Assembly: GCA_026026165.1 (NCBI GenBank)
Contig: JAPEUD010000001.1
Coordinates: 744,001-808,000 of the forward strand
Direction of reading: 5' to 3'
Length of the DNA stretch: 64,000 nucleotides
Source of the DNA: Sarea resinae
Lineage: Eukaryota
Shown here: in pieces, positions 1 to 12,500 of the stretch
Position numbering within the stretch: the first letter of the stretch is position 1
Layout: every line of letters starts with the position of its first letter
The notes under the pieces: model-generated
The model's database searches: none
What the model was told of the DNA's origin: nothing
What the model saw: the letters and a program-made list of their open reading frames with translations, nothing else
Made by a program: the position numbers and the translations under genes

Positions 1-734
1 CCCTGGAGGTGAACGGCTGGGGAATCTTCGGCGCGCGCCGTGTGTACTTCGTAGTGGTGGTGGCGTGCGCATCACTCAGCTCCCAGCTCTCGAGGACCGA
101 GGACCCCCACGCTTCCGCTCTCTCGACCTTCTGCCGGATCAATCCTGCGCGAGAGGTCGAACCATGACAGGTTGGGACTATCCAATTACACAATTACATA
201 GTACGGCGTAGTGTGTACTTTGTAGAGCACTAGCTCCTACTATGTAGGTAGAGTGCGACTCAATAGACCACACGAACAGAATCTTTTACTCAGGAACCTT
301 GAATCCCTGATCACACTCATTCAAGTCTCTGCTCAGTCGACTGATGATCGTCTGCAGTACAGTAACGTTACGTTACGTTACGTTACCTGGCTCTACTATG
401 TCCAGCGGCACGCCTGACCTCACTGGCCTTACCTAAGTCGAACCAACTCTTCTCATCGAAGGTGGAAGAAGTTGATTTGCTAATGGAAAGTCGATGATAC
501 ATCGAGCATGGCGAACATGACCAGGCGCATATGCGTACATGAGTAGAGTACATGCGTGTAAAATATGATTTCCCAACGGCCCAATAACAGCCTTTCAAAG
601 CGGCCTGCTTCGAGCAGTACCAGCAGCAGCACTGCACATTCCCTGAGACGACGTAGGTCGTGGAGGTAGGTGCTCGACGGCGCTCTGGGCGTTTAAGGCA
701 GCTCGGTCAGAAGTTTCTTGATCCATTGATCCCA

Positions 735-735
<1 letters not shown>

Positions 736-765
<30 letters not shown>
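736..765. repeat. (GCC)10 microsatellite
   Basis: Ten perfect GCC units in intergenic sequence; they create the spurious poly-G/poly-A ORFs in the track. Confidence 0.9.
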
Positions 766-766
<1 letters not shown>

Positions 767-2054
767 TCTTCCAACACTTTGATTGATGCGCCGAAGTATG
801 GCCGGGGCCGTGGATCAGATGTGATGTACGGCAGCCGCAGCATGGACTGCAGTTCAGCTCCAGATCAATTTGATCGAACAGGAGTGCAAGGAGTGGAAGG
901 CGTGGAAGGCGTGGAACAAGATGGAGTACCATGTAGTACTCGTAGTCCTCGTACTGCCCTCGACCCCGTACGACGTAAGGTACGAGGTCCAGGATGGCCG
1001 GTGCATCGCTAGAATCATCTCAGCCGATGCGCTATATCCAGCCCATCACTCAGCATCATCCCACGCTCTAACCACGCTCTAAATGTCTCTCTCCACACTT
1101 TCTGGACTGGACTTGCTCGGAACAGAGATACCAGATGCGAAGTGCTCGCGACCTCGGTTCGGCGCGGTCGAGACCTCGGAGTCGAGGTTGTCGAGACCTC
1201 TGCGGGTCGTACTTCTCCGCCAGAAGATTCGATCGACGGCCTTGTTCGTCCCAACCGTCCAGGCGAAACGGCTAAGGCTGCTAAGACTTTGCTTTTCTGT
1301 CTTCCTTATTCCCACCGTCCCATTCTCCTGATCCCCTCCAATCCCCAATCCCCCATCACGTCCGGCCTTCCGGCTTGACCTGCCTCCTTTAATCTCTTGG
1401 CCGCCGCGTTCTCGAATAGATATCCCACGAATAATCCCCCCTCAAAGGTGACGGAGGGCCCTCCTATTCGATGATGATGAGTATCTGATCATTCGTGTCC
1501 CTGGTCTGGCAGGTCGCAATATCTCCCCACGCCGGCGTGGTGGCCCATCTAGACCTGGCGTGCCGAAAAGAGGGACAGCCCATCGCCAATTACGACGTGC
1601 GCTTTGAATGTTCCATGGCTTATGCCTTACCGGACCATCCGTGCTCACTCTTAGTGTGGGGTCCAGTTGTGATCAGTTTTGTAACTCTCTGACGCATGGC
1701 TCCAAGGCCCGGCCCTACGTATGAGGCTACTCTCTCAGGCCGGTCCCAGCAGACATTTCCTCCTTCCCCGGCTCACCGACAGTTTCGTCTTTTTTTCCTA
1801 ATTTACATTGTTTTTCTTATCCGTCTTGGCCATCGTTTTCTACATATACGATGCTTCGTCATCTTCTGACTCGAAATCATCCATCATTGTCAATTAATCT
1901 CCTTCTCATATATAATCCGACGGAAGCGAATATAAACGCGCAGGCAAACAAATCCATCAGTTCTTAAGCCTTACTTTTTCTACCACCTACCTCATCTAGC
2001 AGCCTATTCCTAGTCAAAATTCATCATTTCTACCATTCTTTTCAAAAATTGAAT

Positions 2055-2861
2055 ATGGCTCTACGGCAGTACGAAGATATTTCCGACGTTGCCTCTGATA
2101 TGTCGTCGCCGCGCTCTTCCATGGATGAACCCCCACCCTCCAGCAACTCGCTCGAGCTGAGCCCTCACCACAAGCACATCTGGATTGTTACCGGTCCTGC
2201 TGGGTGTGGCAAGAGCACTGTCGGCAAACTTCTCTCCGATGCCCTCTCTTACCCTTATATCGAAGGTGATGAGGTAAACAATGCTTTTTTCTTCAGACAA
2301 TCTTCGAGGATGGTATAGGATAAGCATCCCACATGACGCTAATCTCGACCCCCACAATAGTACCATCCACCATCGAACGTCGCCAAAATGGCCTCTGGCA
2401 TCCCCCTTAACGATGCCGACAGATGGGACTGGCTCATCCATCTTCGCGACGCCGCCCTCGATGTTCTCTCTCCTTCTGCCGCCACCTCGAACAAAGCCAC
2501 ATCTTCAATACCGTCCGCGAAAGCGTTACCCTCTCCTCCGAATGGTGTTATCGTCACCTGCAGTGCTTTGAAACGTAAATACCGCGACGTCATCCGCACC
2601 GCATGCTACTTCAACCCTCTCATTCGTGTGCATTTTGTCTATCTACGCGCTTCGGAGAAACTCCTTCTCCAACGAGTACGCCAACGCCAGGGCCATTACA
2701 TGAAGGAGGGCATGGTGAAGAGCCAGTTCCAGGAGTTGGAGGAGCCCGACGAAGACGAGAAGAGCATGGATTGTGTCGTCGTGGGCGTCGAGAGACGGGA
2801 GGTCAATGAGGTGCAGAAAATGGCCTTGGCAAGGGTTCAAGCGGTGCTGGCGGCGGATTGA
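2055..2861 (+). CDS. Gluconokinase (thermoresistant glucokinase/IdnK family), 2 exons
   Basis: P-loop IVTGPAGCGKSTVG. Intron 2274-2360 (GTAAAC..GCTAAT..TAG) joins EGDE|YHPPSNVAKMASGIPLNDADRWDWL. Also VTCSALKRKYRD and RQGHYMKEGMVKSQF motifs. Confidence 0.93.
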
Positions 2862-3746
2862 AGCAAAAACTGGCGTAGGTCTCTGCCTTTTCGGACATTG
2901 TGGGACTCATCTTGCCATCGGGATTCATTTGCATGGATGCATGGATGCATGGATGCATGGATTAGCGCTTAAGGGACTGGGACTATACGTGGCGTGGGCA
3001 TTTTCAAATTATCGGTGTTTATGGGTGTGAAGGTTTGGGGCCCAGAAGAGGCAAAAAGCATGGGCAATTGCATTGCCCGGTATTGGCTTGGGCGCGGAAG
3101 CCTCTCGAAGCCTCTCGAAGGAACATGTCGTTGATATGACTATAGGCACATAATGAAATAATATATTGACTTGATATTGATAGAGCAGTGAACACGAAGA
3201 AGCTATGGTGATGATGGATGCTCGAATTGAATATCTCAATAGCCCCGAGCGAGCAGCGAGCTATACCTTAGTATGCATTCGTCGCCGCGGATCGACGGTG
3301 GAGCCTCTTCTATTTTCGTGGTGTGCGGGGTCTCGCGACGGAAATCAGCCGGCTCGGACCTCGACCCTCGACGCGGAAGAGCAGACTGCTTTCACTTTGA
3401 TCCGGAGAAGAAGTGCTTTTCGCAATATCGTTGAATCTAGGTTCTATTACATCTCCGCAAAGATGATACCAATGTCGGCACAATGCTTTAATGACTGCCT
3501 GACCCTGAGGGCTGCTGCTGATAGCATTTTACCCCGGACTGGTAAGCCATCGCTTACCGTCGGCATTCCGAACCCCAGTCTCGGTCCACCCCATTTGCTG
3601 TTTCCCCGCCAAACAAATAAGAACCCCACATGCGGCACCTGGCTCCTTGCCTCTATTGCTGCGGAATTGAGAATGAGCTGAGATGACATGACATGAGATG
3701 TGCTGAGTGTCGGGATGCTCACAAACAAGACAATTGAGAGAGAAAG

Positions 3747-5472
3747 ATGATCCGCTCCTCTGTACGAGCGTGTCTTCGTAATGGTGGACTCTCGTACAGC
3801 AACCGCAGCGGCTCAGCCGCCAATGTCGTTCTTCGAGCGGCGCTTCAGCATACTATCCCCTGGAGAAGACATGCTTTTCATTCCGCCGCCGGTCTGAGGG
3901 TGCTGAAGCCTTTTTACTTGGCTGATATCGGCGAAGGTGGGTGTTGAGGAGATAGCACTGTGTTGATCGGACGGGAGAGAAATATTGACTCGAGCGTTAG
4001 GGATCCGCGAATGCGAAGTCATCCAGTGGTTTGTCGAGCCCGAGGCGCGCGTGGAGCAATTCGACAAGTTGTGCGAGGTTCAGTCCGACAAGGCCTCGGT
4101 GGAGGTAGGGTTCCGAATTGGTGTACGGACATTGGAATATTGTGCTGAAGGATTCACAGATTACGTCGCGCTTTGACGGGGTGATCAAGAAGCTCCATTA
4201 CGAGGCTGGCGAGACGGCTATTGTTGGCAAGGTACGCGCGTCGTCGCAATTACCGTCTGACCATGCGCGATGGGCTGACGACGTATATGACATGGACAGC
4301 CTCTGGTTGATATAGACGTGCTGAGTGAGGCATCTCCTGAAGACGAAGCTGTCACCCCGCCGCCGCAGCCATCGACTTCTGCAACAGAAGAAAGCCAAGC
4401 CAAAGGCGACGCTGCCATTAACGTTGCCGCTGAGTCAACCCCTGTGCCACCGTCGCCACCAGGGAAATTCGCAACCCTAGCCACCCCGGCCGTGCGCCAC
4501 CTGCTCAAAGAGCTGAAGGTCAACATCACCGACCTCCACGGTACGGGGAGAGATGGCCGCGTCCTCAAAGAGGATGTGCACCGATATGCAGCCTCTCGAG
4601 AGTCGTCTCCCAAGGAGAATGTAGGCAACGCCTCTCCGACTGCACCAGGCTTCGAATCCCCCAATCCCGAAGCCACTCCCAACCGGGCCGCCACATCTTC
4701 CCCGTCAACTACTCAACCCGACGATATCCCCACCCCGCTGACGGCAATTCAACGCCAGATGTTCAAAACGATGACGCGCTCGCTCCAGATCCCGCACTTT
4801 CTCTACACAGACGCCATAGACATGGGCCCGCTCACCAGCCTCCGGCGCTCCCTGAACAGCCACAATCCCTCGTCCCCCAACACCAAGACCCCGAAACTGA
4901 CCGCGCTCCCCTTCATCCTCAAAGCCGTGTCTGTCGCCCTGAACGACTACCCCGTCCTCAACGCGCGCCTCTCCATCCCCGCCACCCCGCCTTCCCACCC
5001 TCCCACCGACCCGGCCATCAAACCCACCCTCCTCCACCGGCCTTCCCACAACCTCGGCATAGCCATGGACACGCCCTCGGGCCTGCTCGTCCCGACGATC
5101 AAATCCGTCAACACGAAATCCATCCTCGAGATCACATCGGAACTGCAGGCGCTCTCGGCCCGCGCGGGCGCGGGCGCGCTCACGCCCGCCGACCTGGCCG
5201 CCGGCTCCTTCACCGTCAGCAACATCGGCAGCATCGGCGGCCGCGCCGTCAGCCCCGTCATCGTCGACTCGGAGCTCGCCATCCTCGGCGTCGGCCGCGC
5301 CGCGCTCGTGCCGGCCTTTGACGAGCGCGGACTCGTCGTCGCGCGCGAGGAGTGCGTTTTTAGTCTCGCGGCCGACCATCGCGTCGTCGATGGCGCCACG
5401 GTGGCTCGGTTCGTCGAGAGGGTTAGGGCGTTGTTGGAGCGCCCGGCCGCTATGATGGTGTTGTTGTCCTAG
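3747..5472 (+). CDS. DBT: Branched-chain 2-oxoacid dehydrogenase E2 (dihydrolipoamide acyltransferase), mitochondrial, 4 exons
   Basis: Arg-rich presequence; lipoyl domain LADIGEGIRECE..VQSDKASVEITSRFDG; E3-binding ATPAVRHL..GTGRDGRVLKEDV; catalytic ADHRVVDG. Introns 3937-4000, 4105-4159, 4232-4299. Confidence 0.93.
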
Positions 5473-5589
5473 GCTGGCCGCTTGTCTTGTTTGTCTTGAG
5501 AAGAGGGGTAGAGAGAGTAGAGAGATGGTTATAGCTATTGACATCAAGGGGGTTATCAGGAAAAGGGGCGAGGATGAAGACGCTTCCTT

Positions 5590-5934
5590 GCTCTCTTACT
5601 TACCTTACCTTACCGTACTCATTATGCATGACAGCTATATAGGTACATACGTGATATCTACCTACCTACATGACAAAAAACCATATCCATATCCATATCC
5701 ATACCTATCTAGTCCGTCACACACACACACACACATACATACCTATCATATTAGATGCTATCATATTACAACCCACTCTATCCAAGTCTATCCAAGTCCG
5801 TCCCAGTCTGGTCCCAGTCTCTCGCAGGAAAACAACACAAGCTTAGAGTTTCTATCCTTCTCTTCCTACTCTCTTCTCCTGTCTATCTATACTACTATCT
5901 ATCTACTTGTAGTGCTATCCTCCTCCCTCCCTCC

Positions 5935-5968
<34 letters not shown>

Positions 5969-6512
5969 TGTCCTACCTATTGATCTCCCTTTCTGTTAAT
6001 CTGCCTGTCTATCTATCTACTCTTCCATCTATCTAATACACGACAAGCCAGGCTAGAGCTAACCTCAGAGCGAAAGTAGAAGTGTGATAAGAAACCAAAG
6101 GTAGAGCTTCAAGTAGAGGTAGACAGACAGACAGACAGACAGCCGACCGATCGTAAAGGCAGAGAGAGCTCAACTAAACTAAGAGATATAAGTACTCTAG
6201 AGGTAGAGAGTAGAGGTAGAGAGTAGAGGTAGAGGTAGAGGTAGAGAGTAAAAGAGTAGATAGATGGTGGATGGTGGATAATGGATAGAATCTAGTTTAT
6301 AGTTTTGTGGTTTCTAGTCTTAGCCTTGTCGACTTCATTATCTTTCTTGTTTCCCCTTTTCGTTCTCGTTCTCATTCTCGTTCTCATTCTCGTTCTCGTT
6401 CTCGTTCTCATTCTCATTCTCATTCTCATGCTCATTCCAAGACACATTACAGCTACAGGTTTAATCAACTCTCCAAAGAAAGAAAAGAGAAGCGAAGAGG
6501 ACTATATCCTAA

Positions 6513-6545
<33 letters not shown>
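5590..6545. repeat. Mosaic simple-sequence-repeat tract between convergent genes
   Basis: (CA)n, (CT)n at ~5936-5968, (GACA)n, (GTAGAG)n, (TTCTCG/TTCTCA)n at ~6361-6430, (AC)n(AG)n. Confidence 0.85.
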
Positions 6546-6549
6546 AAGA

Positions 6550-9500
6550 TCACACGCCCGCAATCTTCTTCCACCAACTGCCCTTCTTCTCCTTCTCGCG
6601 GCCCCTCTCGCCCCTCTCTCCCCTCTCCCGCTCGCGCTCGACCAGATCCCGCCCACCGCTGACATAGCCGCCACCGCTGACGTAGTCGCTGCGCCGTCGC
6701 GCGTATTTGTTCCCGTTCATGACATCGCCGCTGCCATCGCTGCTGCGCACCGGTACCCGCTCTCTCTCTTTGTCCCTCTCTTTCTCGCCGGCCGCTGCTC
6801 CACCCCTCTCACGCTCACGCTCACGCTCACGCTCACGCTCTCGCTCCTTGTCCCGTCGACGCCGGCGCCGTGAAGCCTCGTCGCCCTCGCCGTGAGACCG
6901 CTCGTACGCGGCGTCGTGCCGTCGCGACGTCGTGGCCGCGCGGCGCAGGCGACGTTTCGGGTCCTCGTCCACGGTCGAGTCGTCATAGTGGACATCGCGG
7001 TCTCGGTCGCGGGATCGCGCCACGCCGGGATAAGGCGGGGCGGCTGGAGCGGGAGGAGGGCCGTCGATGACCGTGGGCGTGATCGGGGGCGGCTCGGGCG
7101 GTTCCAGATTCACCGAGTGCACCCACGACGACGTTTTGTCGTTGGGGGGGCCCATGAGCGGCGGCGTCGGGTGGTACGGGCTGGGGCTCGTCTCTTGCTC
7201 CCGGTAGTAGGCGGCGCCGTTGCGCGGGTCGAAATAGTCTTCCACTGGGGCCGCGGAACGACGACGGGATGAGTGGTCACCCGGTGTGGTGGCTGTGGCC
7301 GTGGCCGCGGCCGTGGCCGCGGCTGCGGCGGCGTGTCGGGCTGCGCGCCGTTCTTCCTTGCGACTGGCCTGAGCGGCTTCGTCGTCAGGACCGTCGCGAT
7401 CGAGATGCGAGCGTCTGCGATCCGACTTCATGGCCCGAGAGCGCGACACCGCCTCGTCGGCCATGATCTCCCTCTCTTTCCTTCTGGCGCGCCGCTCGGC
7501 CTCCTTGGCTTCCTTGGCCACGGCCGCCTCGCGACGAGCAGCCTGTTCTTCCCTTGCCGCCCTGCGCGCCCTCTTCTCTTCTATCCGCCTCGCCTCGGCC
7601 TCTTCCTCCTCGCGGAGCTGGCGCTCTCGAGCTTCCTTTGCTCGCGCTCTTCGCGCCTTGAGTTCGGCCTGCTCGACTTCGCGCCGCTTGGCGGCTTTCT
7701 CCGACGCCCGGCGCGACGACTCGGCCTCTTCTGCCTTCTTGGCGGCGGCGAGCTTTTCGGCGCGCCGCGCTCTTCGCTCTGCACGCCTGATCTCTTCGTC
7801 TTCGCCATCGGTCACAGGGCTCATGACGGGACCGGCGTCGGTTGTGAAACCGTCCGTCTCCCCACCTCTTTTGGCCGAGCGTCGCACTTTGCGCTCTTCT
7901 CTTCTCAGCCGTTTCGCTTCTTCGTCTTCGGCACCAGCAGCCGTCTGCGACCTCTTGCGGCGAGAGGAGTCATAAGTGCCCTCGTTGACCGATTTGCTTC
8001 TCCTCACATTACTGCTTTCGGGAGCACGGGCAGGTTTAGACTTGAAGCCGAAAAGGCTCATGATTTTGTCGTTTGGTCCTTTTTTCGCAGTCGAAGCGGA
8101 TCGCTTAGCGGAAGTTTCTTGACGAGACTCCGTCGCCTCCATATCATCGTCGTATGGGCGATCTGGACTGTTTCCAGGAGGGTCGGGTGCCTCGACCAAG
8201 ACGACGTCATCAGATGATGGGAGCTCAGTCTTGGACTGCAAATAAATCAGCTTGCATGAATTGTGATGGAAAGCCGCGTGATGAGGAGGAAAGCAGCGTA
8301 GTGAGGAGATTAATTAAACTTTCAGGAAACTGCCACTTACTGCTCGTCTTGATCTCCTTCCGATCCTGTCTTTCGAGCCAGAGGGAACATCGATGATATC
8401 GTCTACACCATTCACCATCACAATGTCATCATCAATAGCGTAAGGATCGGGTACTATGCAATCAGGGGTTAGCTTTAATGAAGAGTTCAAATCTTGTATA
8501 TTCACTCATACCTCGTCCTTTCCCCTTTTTCCGAGTCGATTGACTCCTGCCGAGTCCCTTTCGGGGAGAAACGCCCATAAGCTGAGCCGCCTTCGATGAA
8601 ATCTCCGGTCTCTTCTCCCCTTCTTCAGGTGGCGGCGAGGGCATACCCATTGCACTAGCATCCACAGAATGCCCACGGCTTTTCCTGGGCGTTGTACTTG
8701 AACGACGGACAGGCTTTGCTCGGGGAGGAGGAGCACCCATCAATATCTGGGAGAAGCTCATCCCTCGTGATTTGCTCGGCCTCGCTCGAGGTCTCTCGGA
8801 CTTTTCTGGCTTATCGGATCCGGAAGATCTTGAAGGTGTCTTCTCAGTCTCGGCATCTTCGACTTTCTTCTTTGTTGACTGCCTTCTGGCCAAACTTGGG
8901 GAATCCGTCTTTTTCTTGGCAGCTGATGATGCAGACTTCTTTGGCGTGGCTCCCCAGAATCCCCACGATGAAGCAGCGTCATCTCGAACGACTCTTGCAC
9001 GTTCCTTTTTTGCAGATTTAGGTGCTACTGGCTCTGGGGGAGCTGGCTCCTCCGCAGGCGGCTCTGCAGGTGGCTCTTCAGCTGGTGGCTCTTCGTCTGC
9101 TGGCTCTTCGTCTGCCGGCTCTTCGTCTGCCGGCTCTTCAGCTGGTGGATCATCAACAGGCGCTTCTTCGGGTTCGGGTGGTGGTGTTGGCGGCGCAGGT
9201 GGAGGTGCAGCCTCGACAATTACTGGCTCCGCCTTTGAGTGCTTTCCTTTTTTCTTGCCTTTCTTAGTGGTAACCACAGGGGCCTCTTCGATCACTTCAA
9301 CGATGTCATCATCTCCAGGAAAACTGCCTGGGACTGCTGACGGCACTTCAGGAACCTCAGGAGGCGGGGGTGGTTCTTCTACTTCTGGCTCTGGTTCCGG
9401 TTCCGGCTCGGGTTCTGGTTCTGGCTCTTTCACTGGCTCCGGCTCTGGCTCTGGTGGAGGTTCTTCTTTCTTCCCTTTCTTCTTCTTCGAGGCTTTGGTA

Positions 9501-12500
9501 GACTTTGTCAGAGTAGTGGTCTTTACCTTCTTGGCTGCTGCTGCTTCTGCCGCTGCTTTTTCTGCGGCCTCCTTTTCTGCAGCTTCTTTCTCCGCGGCCT
9601 CTGCTTCCGCGGCTTCTTTCTCTGCAGCATCTCTCTCAGCAGCCTCGGCAGCCTCGGCAGCTTCGGCGGCTTCTTTCTCTGCAGCTTCTGCCTCGGCGGC
9701 TTCCTTCTCTGCGGCTGCCTTCTCGGCTTCCTCGGCATCTTTTCTTTCCTTTTCTAGCGCTGCAACTCTTGCGGCAACAGCCGACTGCTTCTTCTTACCT
9801 TTTTTGCCTGTGACAATCACAGGTTCCGGAGGTGGTGGTGGAGGTTCAGGTTCAGGTTCGGGTTCGGGTTCAGGCTCTGGCTCCGGCTCCGGCTCCGGCT
9901 CCGGTTCTGGTTCTGGTTCCTCTACTTCGGGCTCCGGTGGAGGCTCTTCAATTACTGGCTCTTCCTTTGGCGGAGCCTTTTTGGGCTCAACCTTTTTTGT
10001 TTTCTTAGTCGAGCCCCAGAAACTCCAAGCATCATCTTTCTTCTCGGTCTTCTTCGCTACTTTTGTCTTTTCGGCTTCCTTCTTTTTCTTCTCCTTCTCC
10101 TGCTCTTTCTTCTTTCTCTCCTCCTCTTCTTCGGCCTCCTTTCGCTTCCTTTCCTCTTCCTCGGCCTCTTCTTGCTGCCTCCTCTCTTCTTCTTCAGCTT
10201 CTTCCTGCCTTATCCTCTCCTCCTCCTCTTCCTCTTCTATCCTCTTCAATTCCTCTTCCTCTTCCTCCTTCCTTTTCTTCTCCTCCTCTTCTTTCTTCTT
10301 TGCCTCGGCTTCTTCCTTCAGCTTCTTTTTCTTCTCCTTAGCTGTTAAGGGTTTACTCGGGGTAGTCGTTGTGGTTGTACCGAAGCTTCCCCAGAAGCCC
10401 TTGACAGCCTTAGCAGCCGGCTCCTCTTTGGGGGGTTCTTCTTCGATTTGATCGTTGGCTTCATCGATGATATTGATAATATCGTCTGGATCTTCATTTC
10501 CATAATCGTCCCCTCCAGGGGGTGGAGGCGAAGGGCCGGGTGTAAGGCCTTGATCCGGTGGAGTAGGGGCCGGAGGAGGTGGTTCTAGCCCCTTCTTCCC
10601 CTTCTTCTTGCTCTTTTTCGAGGTACCCCATGATGCGCTTGCCCACGGGTCCTCCTCCACTTGTTTGGGCTCTACGATATCATCAGGCTGCAAGGAGGAA
10701 TTGACCGTGCTCTCTTCGATCACTTCAATCGGCCCGCTACCTTTCTTTTTCTTCTTGTCTTTAGTAGAGAGACCCCAACCGCCAGACCATGCGTCATCTC
10801 CAGCGTCGGCTTTTGGCTCGACAATGGAATCCGGTTTCATGACGGAACTGTCAGCATCTCCCGTCGCAGGATCACCAGTGGACTCATTATCGGTTCCTTT
10901 TCCCTTCTTGGACTTTTTGTCCTTGCTCGAAAACCCCCAACCACCACCCCATTCATCGGTTGTCTTAGAGTCGTCAATTTCTGGGGCCGGAGGGGGAGCG
11001 GGTGCAGGTTCGGCCAAAGCGCCAGCTTTACCTTTCTTTTTCTTCTTGGTAGTCATTCCCCAGCTAAACCCATCATTGGTAGCGGCGTTAGTAGTCTCAA
11101 TTGCAGGGGCTGCCTCGACCACCACAGGGGTGATGTCTTCGATAGGCGGATCATCTGCCCCCTTTGTCTTGCTCTTCTTGTCTTTCTTTGAGGCCGTGTC
11201 CCAACCGCCCCACGTGTCCTCCACTGCAGGCTCGGATTCTGGTTCTGGTTCTGGCTCCGGCTCCGTCTCGGGTTCAGGAGCAACGGGTGCTGGAGGTTCT
11301 TCGACGGCACCCTTCTTGCCCTTCTTTTTAGACTTCTTCGTGGTAAAAGCTCCCCAGTCTTCCACGGGAGCGGGTTCTGATGCAGGAGGCGGAGGTGGAG
11401 GTGCCTCCTCTTTAACTGGTTCTTCTACTACGGCAGCCACTTTCTTGCCTTTTTTCTTGTCCTTTTTCGTTCCCCATATGCCCCACGTATCATCAGCCGC
11501 AGGTTCGGGCTCCTTTGCAGGCTCGGGAGCAGGCTCTTCGACTTTTTCTTCAACAGAATTCTCGATGGCCGTGCCCTTCTTGCCCTTTTTCTTATCTTTC
11601 TTGGAAACCGAACCGAAAGTACCCCAGCCTTCTTCCTCCTTCTTTTCCTCGGCTGGCGCATCTTCATTTTGCTCCTCTCGAGTCGTTCCGAAGTCACCAA
11701 AGTCGAAGCCAAGGCTCTTATCTTTCTTATTCTTCTTCCCACTGGCAGTACCCCAGATACCGTCGTCCGCGTCGTCGGCTTTGGTGCCGTCTGCGGCATC
11801 TGCAGCACTGAAATCCCATTTGTTGCCGTTGCCGTTGCCAGTATCCCAGCTATTACCCCAACCACCAAATCCAAACCCACTAGTAGCCTTTGTGCTGCCG
11901 AAGTCGAGATCGAGTTTCGGGGCATCGGCTAGATTGATATCATCAAAACCACCCGCAGGAGGGTCCGGAGGTGCTGGGGCCACAGGCTCAGCGGCCTTCT
12001 CATAGTTAGCGCATGATATGATCCTACGAAATCAGCCTTTAACCCACCTTTGCTTTCTTTTTCTTTCCTTTCTTGCCTGCGGTCTGAAAGCTTGACCATC
12101 CATCATCCGGATCTGCATCTCCGCCACCGGCAGCAGCAGCAGCGGCAGCTTCCTCCTCCTCCTTTCGTTTCTTCTCCTCCTCTTCCTCCTCTTCCTTCTT
12201 CCGAGCTTCCTCCTCCTCTGCCTTTTTCTTCTCGTCTTCATCATCCTTACCTTTTCCCTTCTTACCTTTCTTCTTCTTGCCATCATCCCAGCCGTCGTCG
12301 TCGTCGCCGCCGCCTGCTCCGCCGTCTCCATGATCTCCTCCACCTCCGCCAGCCCCATTGTTTTCCTCGCCCTCGCCATTCTCTTTCTTCTTGCCTTCAT
12401 CCCCCGAATCCGCCCAAGCTGCCTGAGCCTTCTTCTGTGCCGCTTTCTTCTTCTTCGCATGGGTGCGAACATTCGATTGATCGGAGAAGTCAATCTCGAA

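Noticed and set aside
383..1692. Numerous 65-90 aa ORFs upstream of gluconokinase
   Set aside because: No recognisable motifs or splice-joined model; partly produced by the GCC repeat and GC-rich composition.
2859..2975. Stop-codon read-through giving cryptic peroxisomal PTS1 (checked for gluconokinase, E2, HST4, TRP4, UPF0643-like and SAH1)
   Set aside because: No TGA-CTA context and no SKL-like terminus in the extensions I read.
3534..3573. Hairpin GGTAAGC-CATC-GCTTACC as a possible ncRNA or riboswitch
   Set aside because: Single short stem; no TPP-riboswitch, snRNA, snoRNA or SRP consensus recognisable around it.
6305..6873. + strand RS-rich and hydrophobic ORFs (SR-like protein or membrane protein)
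   Set aside because: Translations of the TTCTCR hexamer microsatellite, antisense to the 3' end of the giant gene.
7273..12005. Long + strand ORFs (314, 559, 465 aa)
   Set aside because: Antisense shadows of the low-complexity minus-strand gene, whose codon usage yields few reverse-strand stops.
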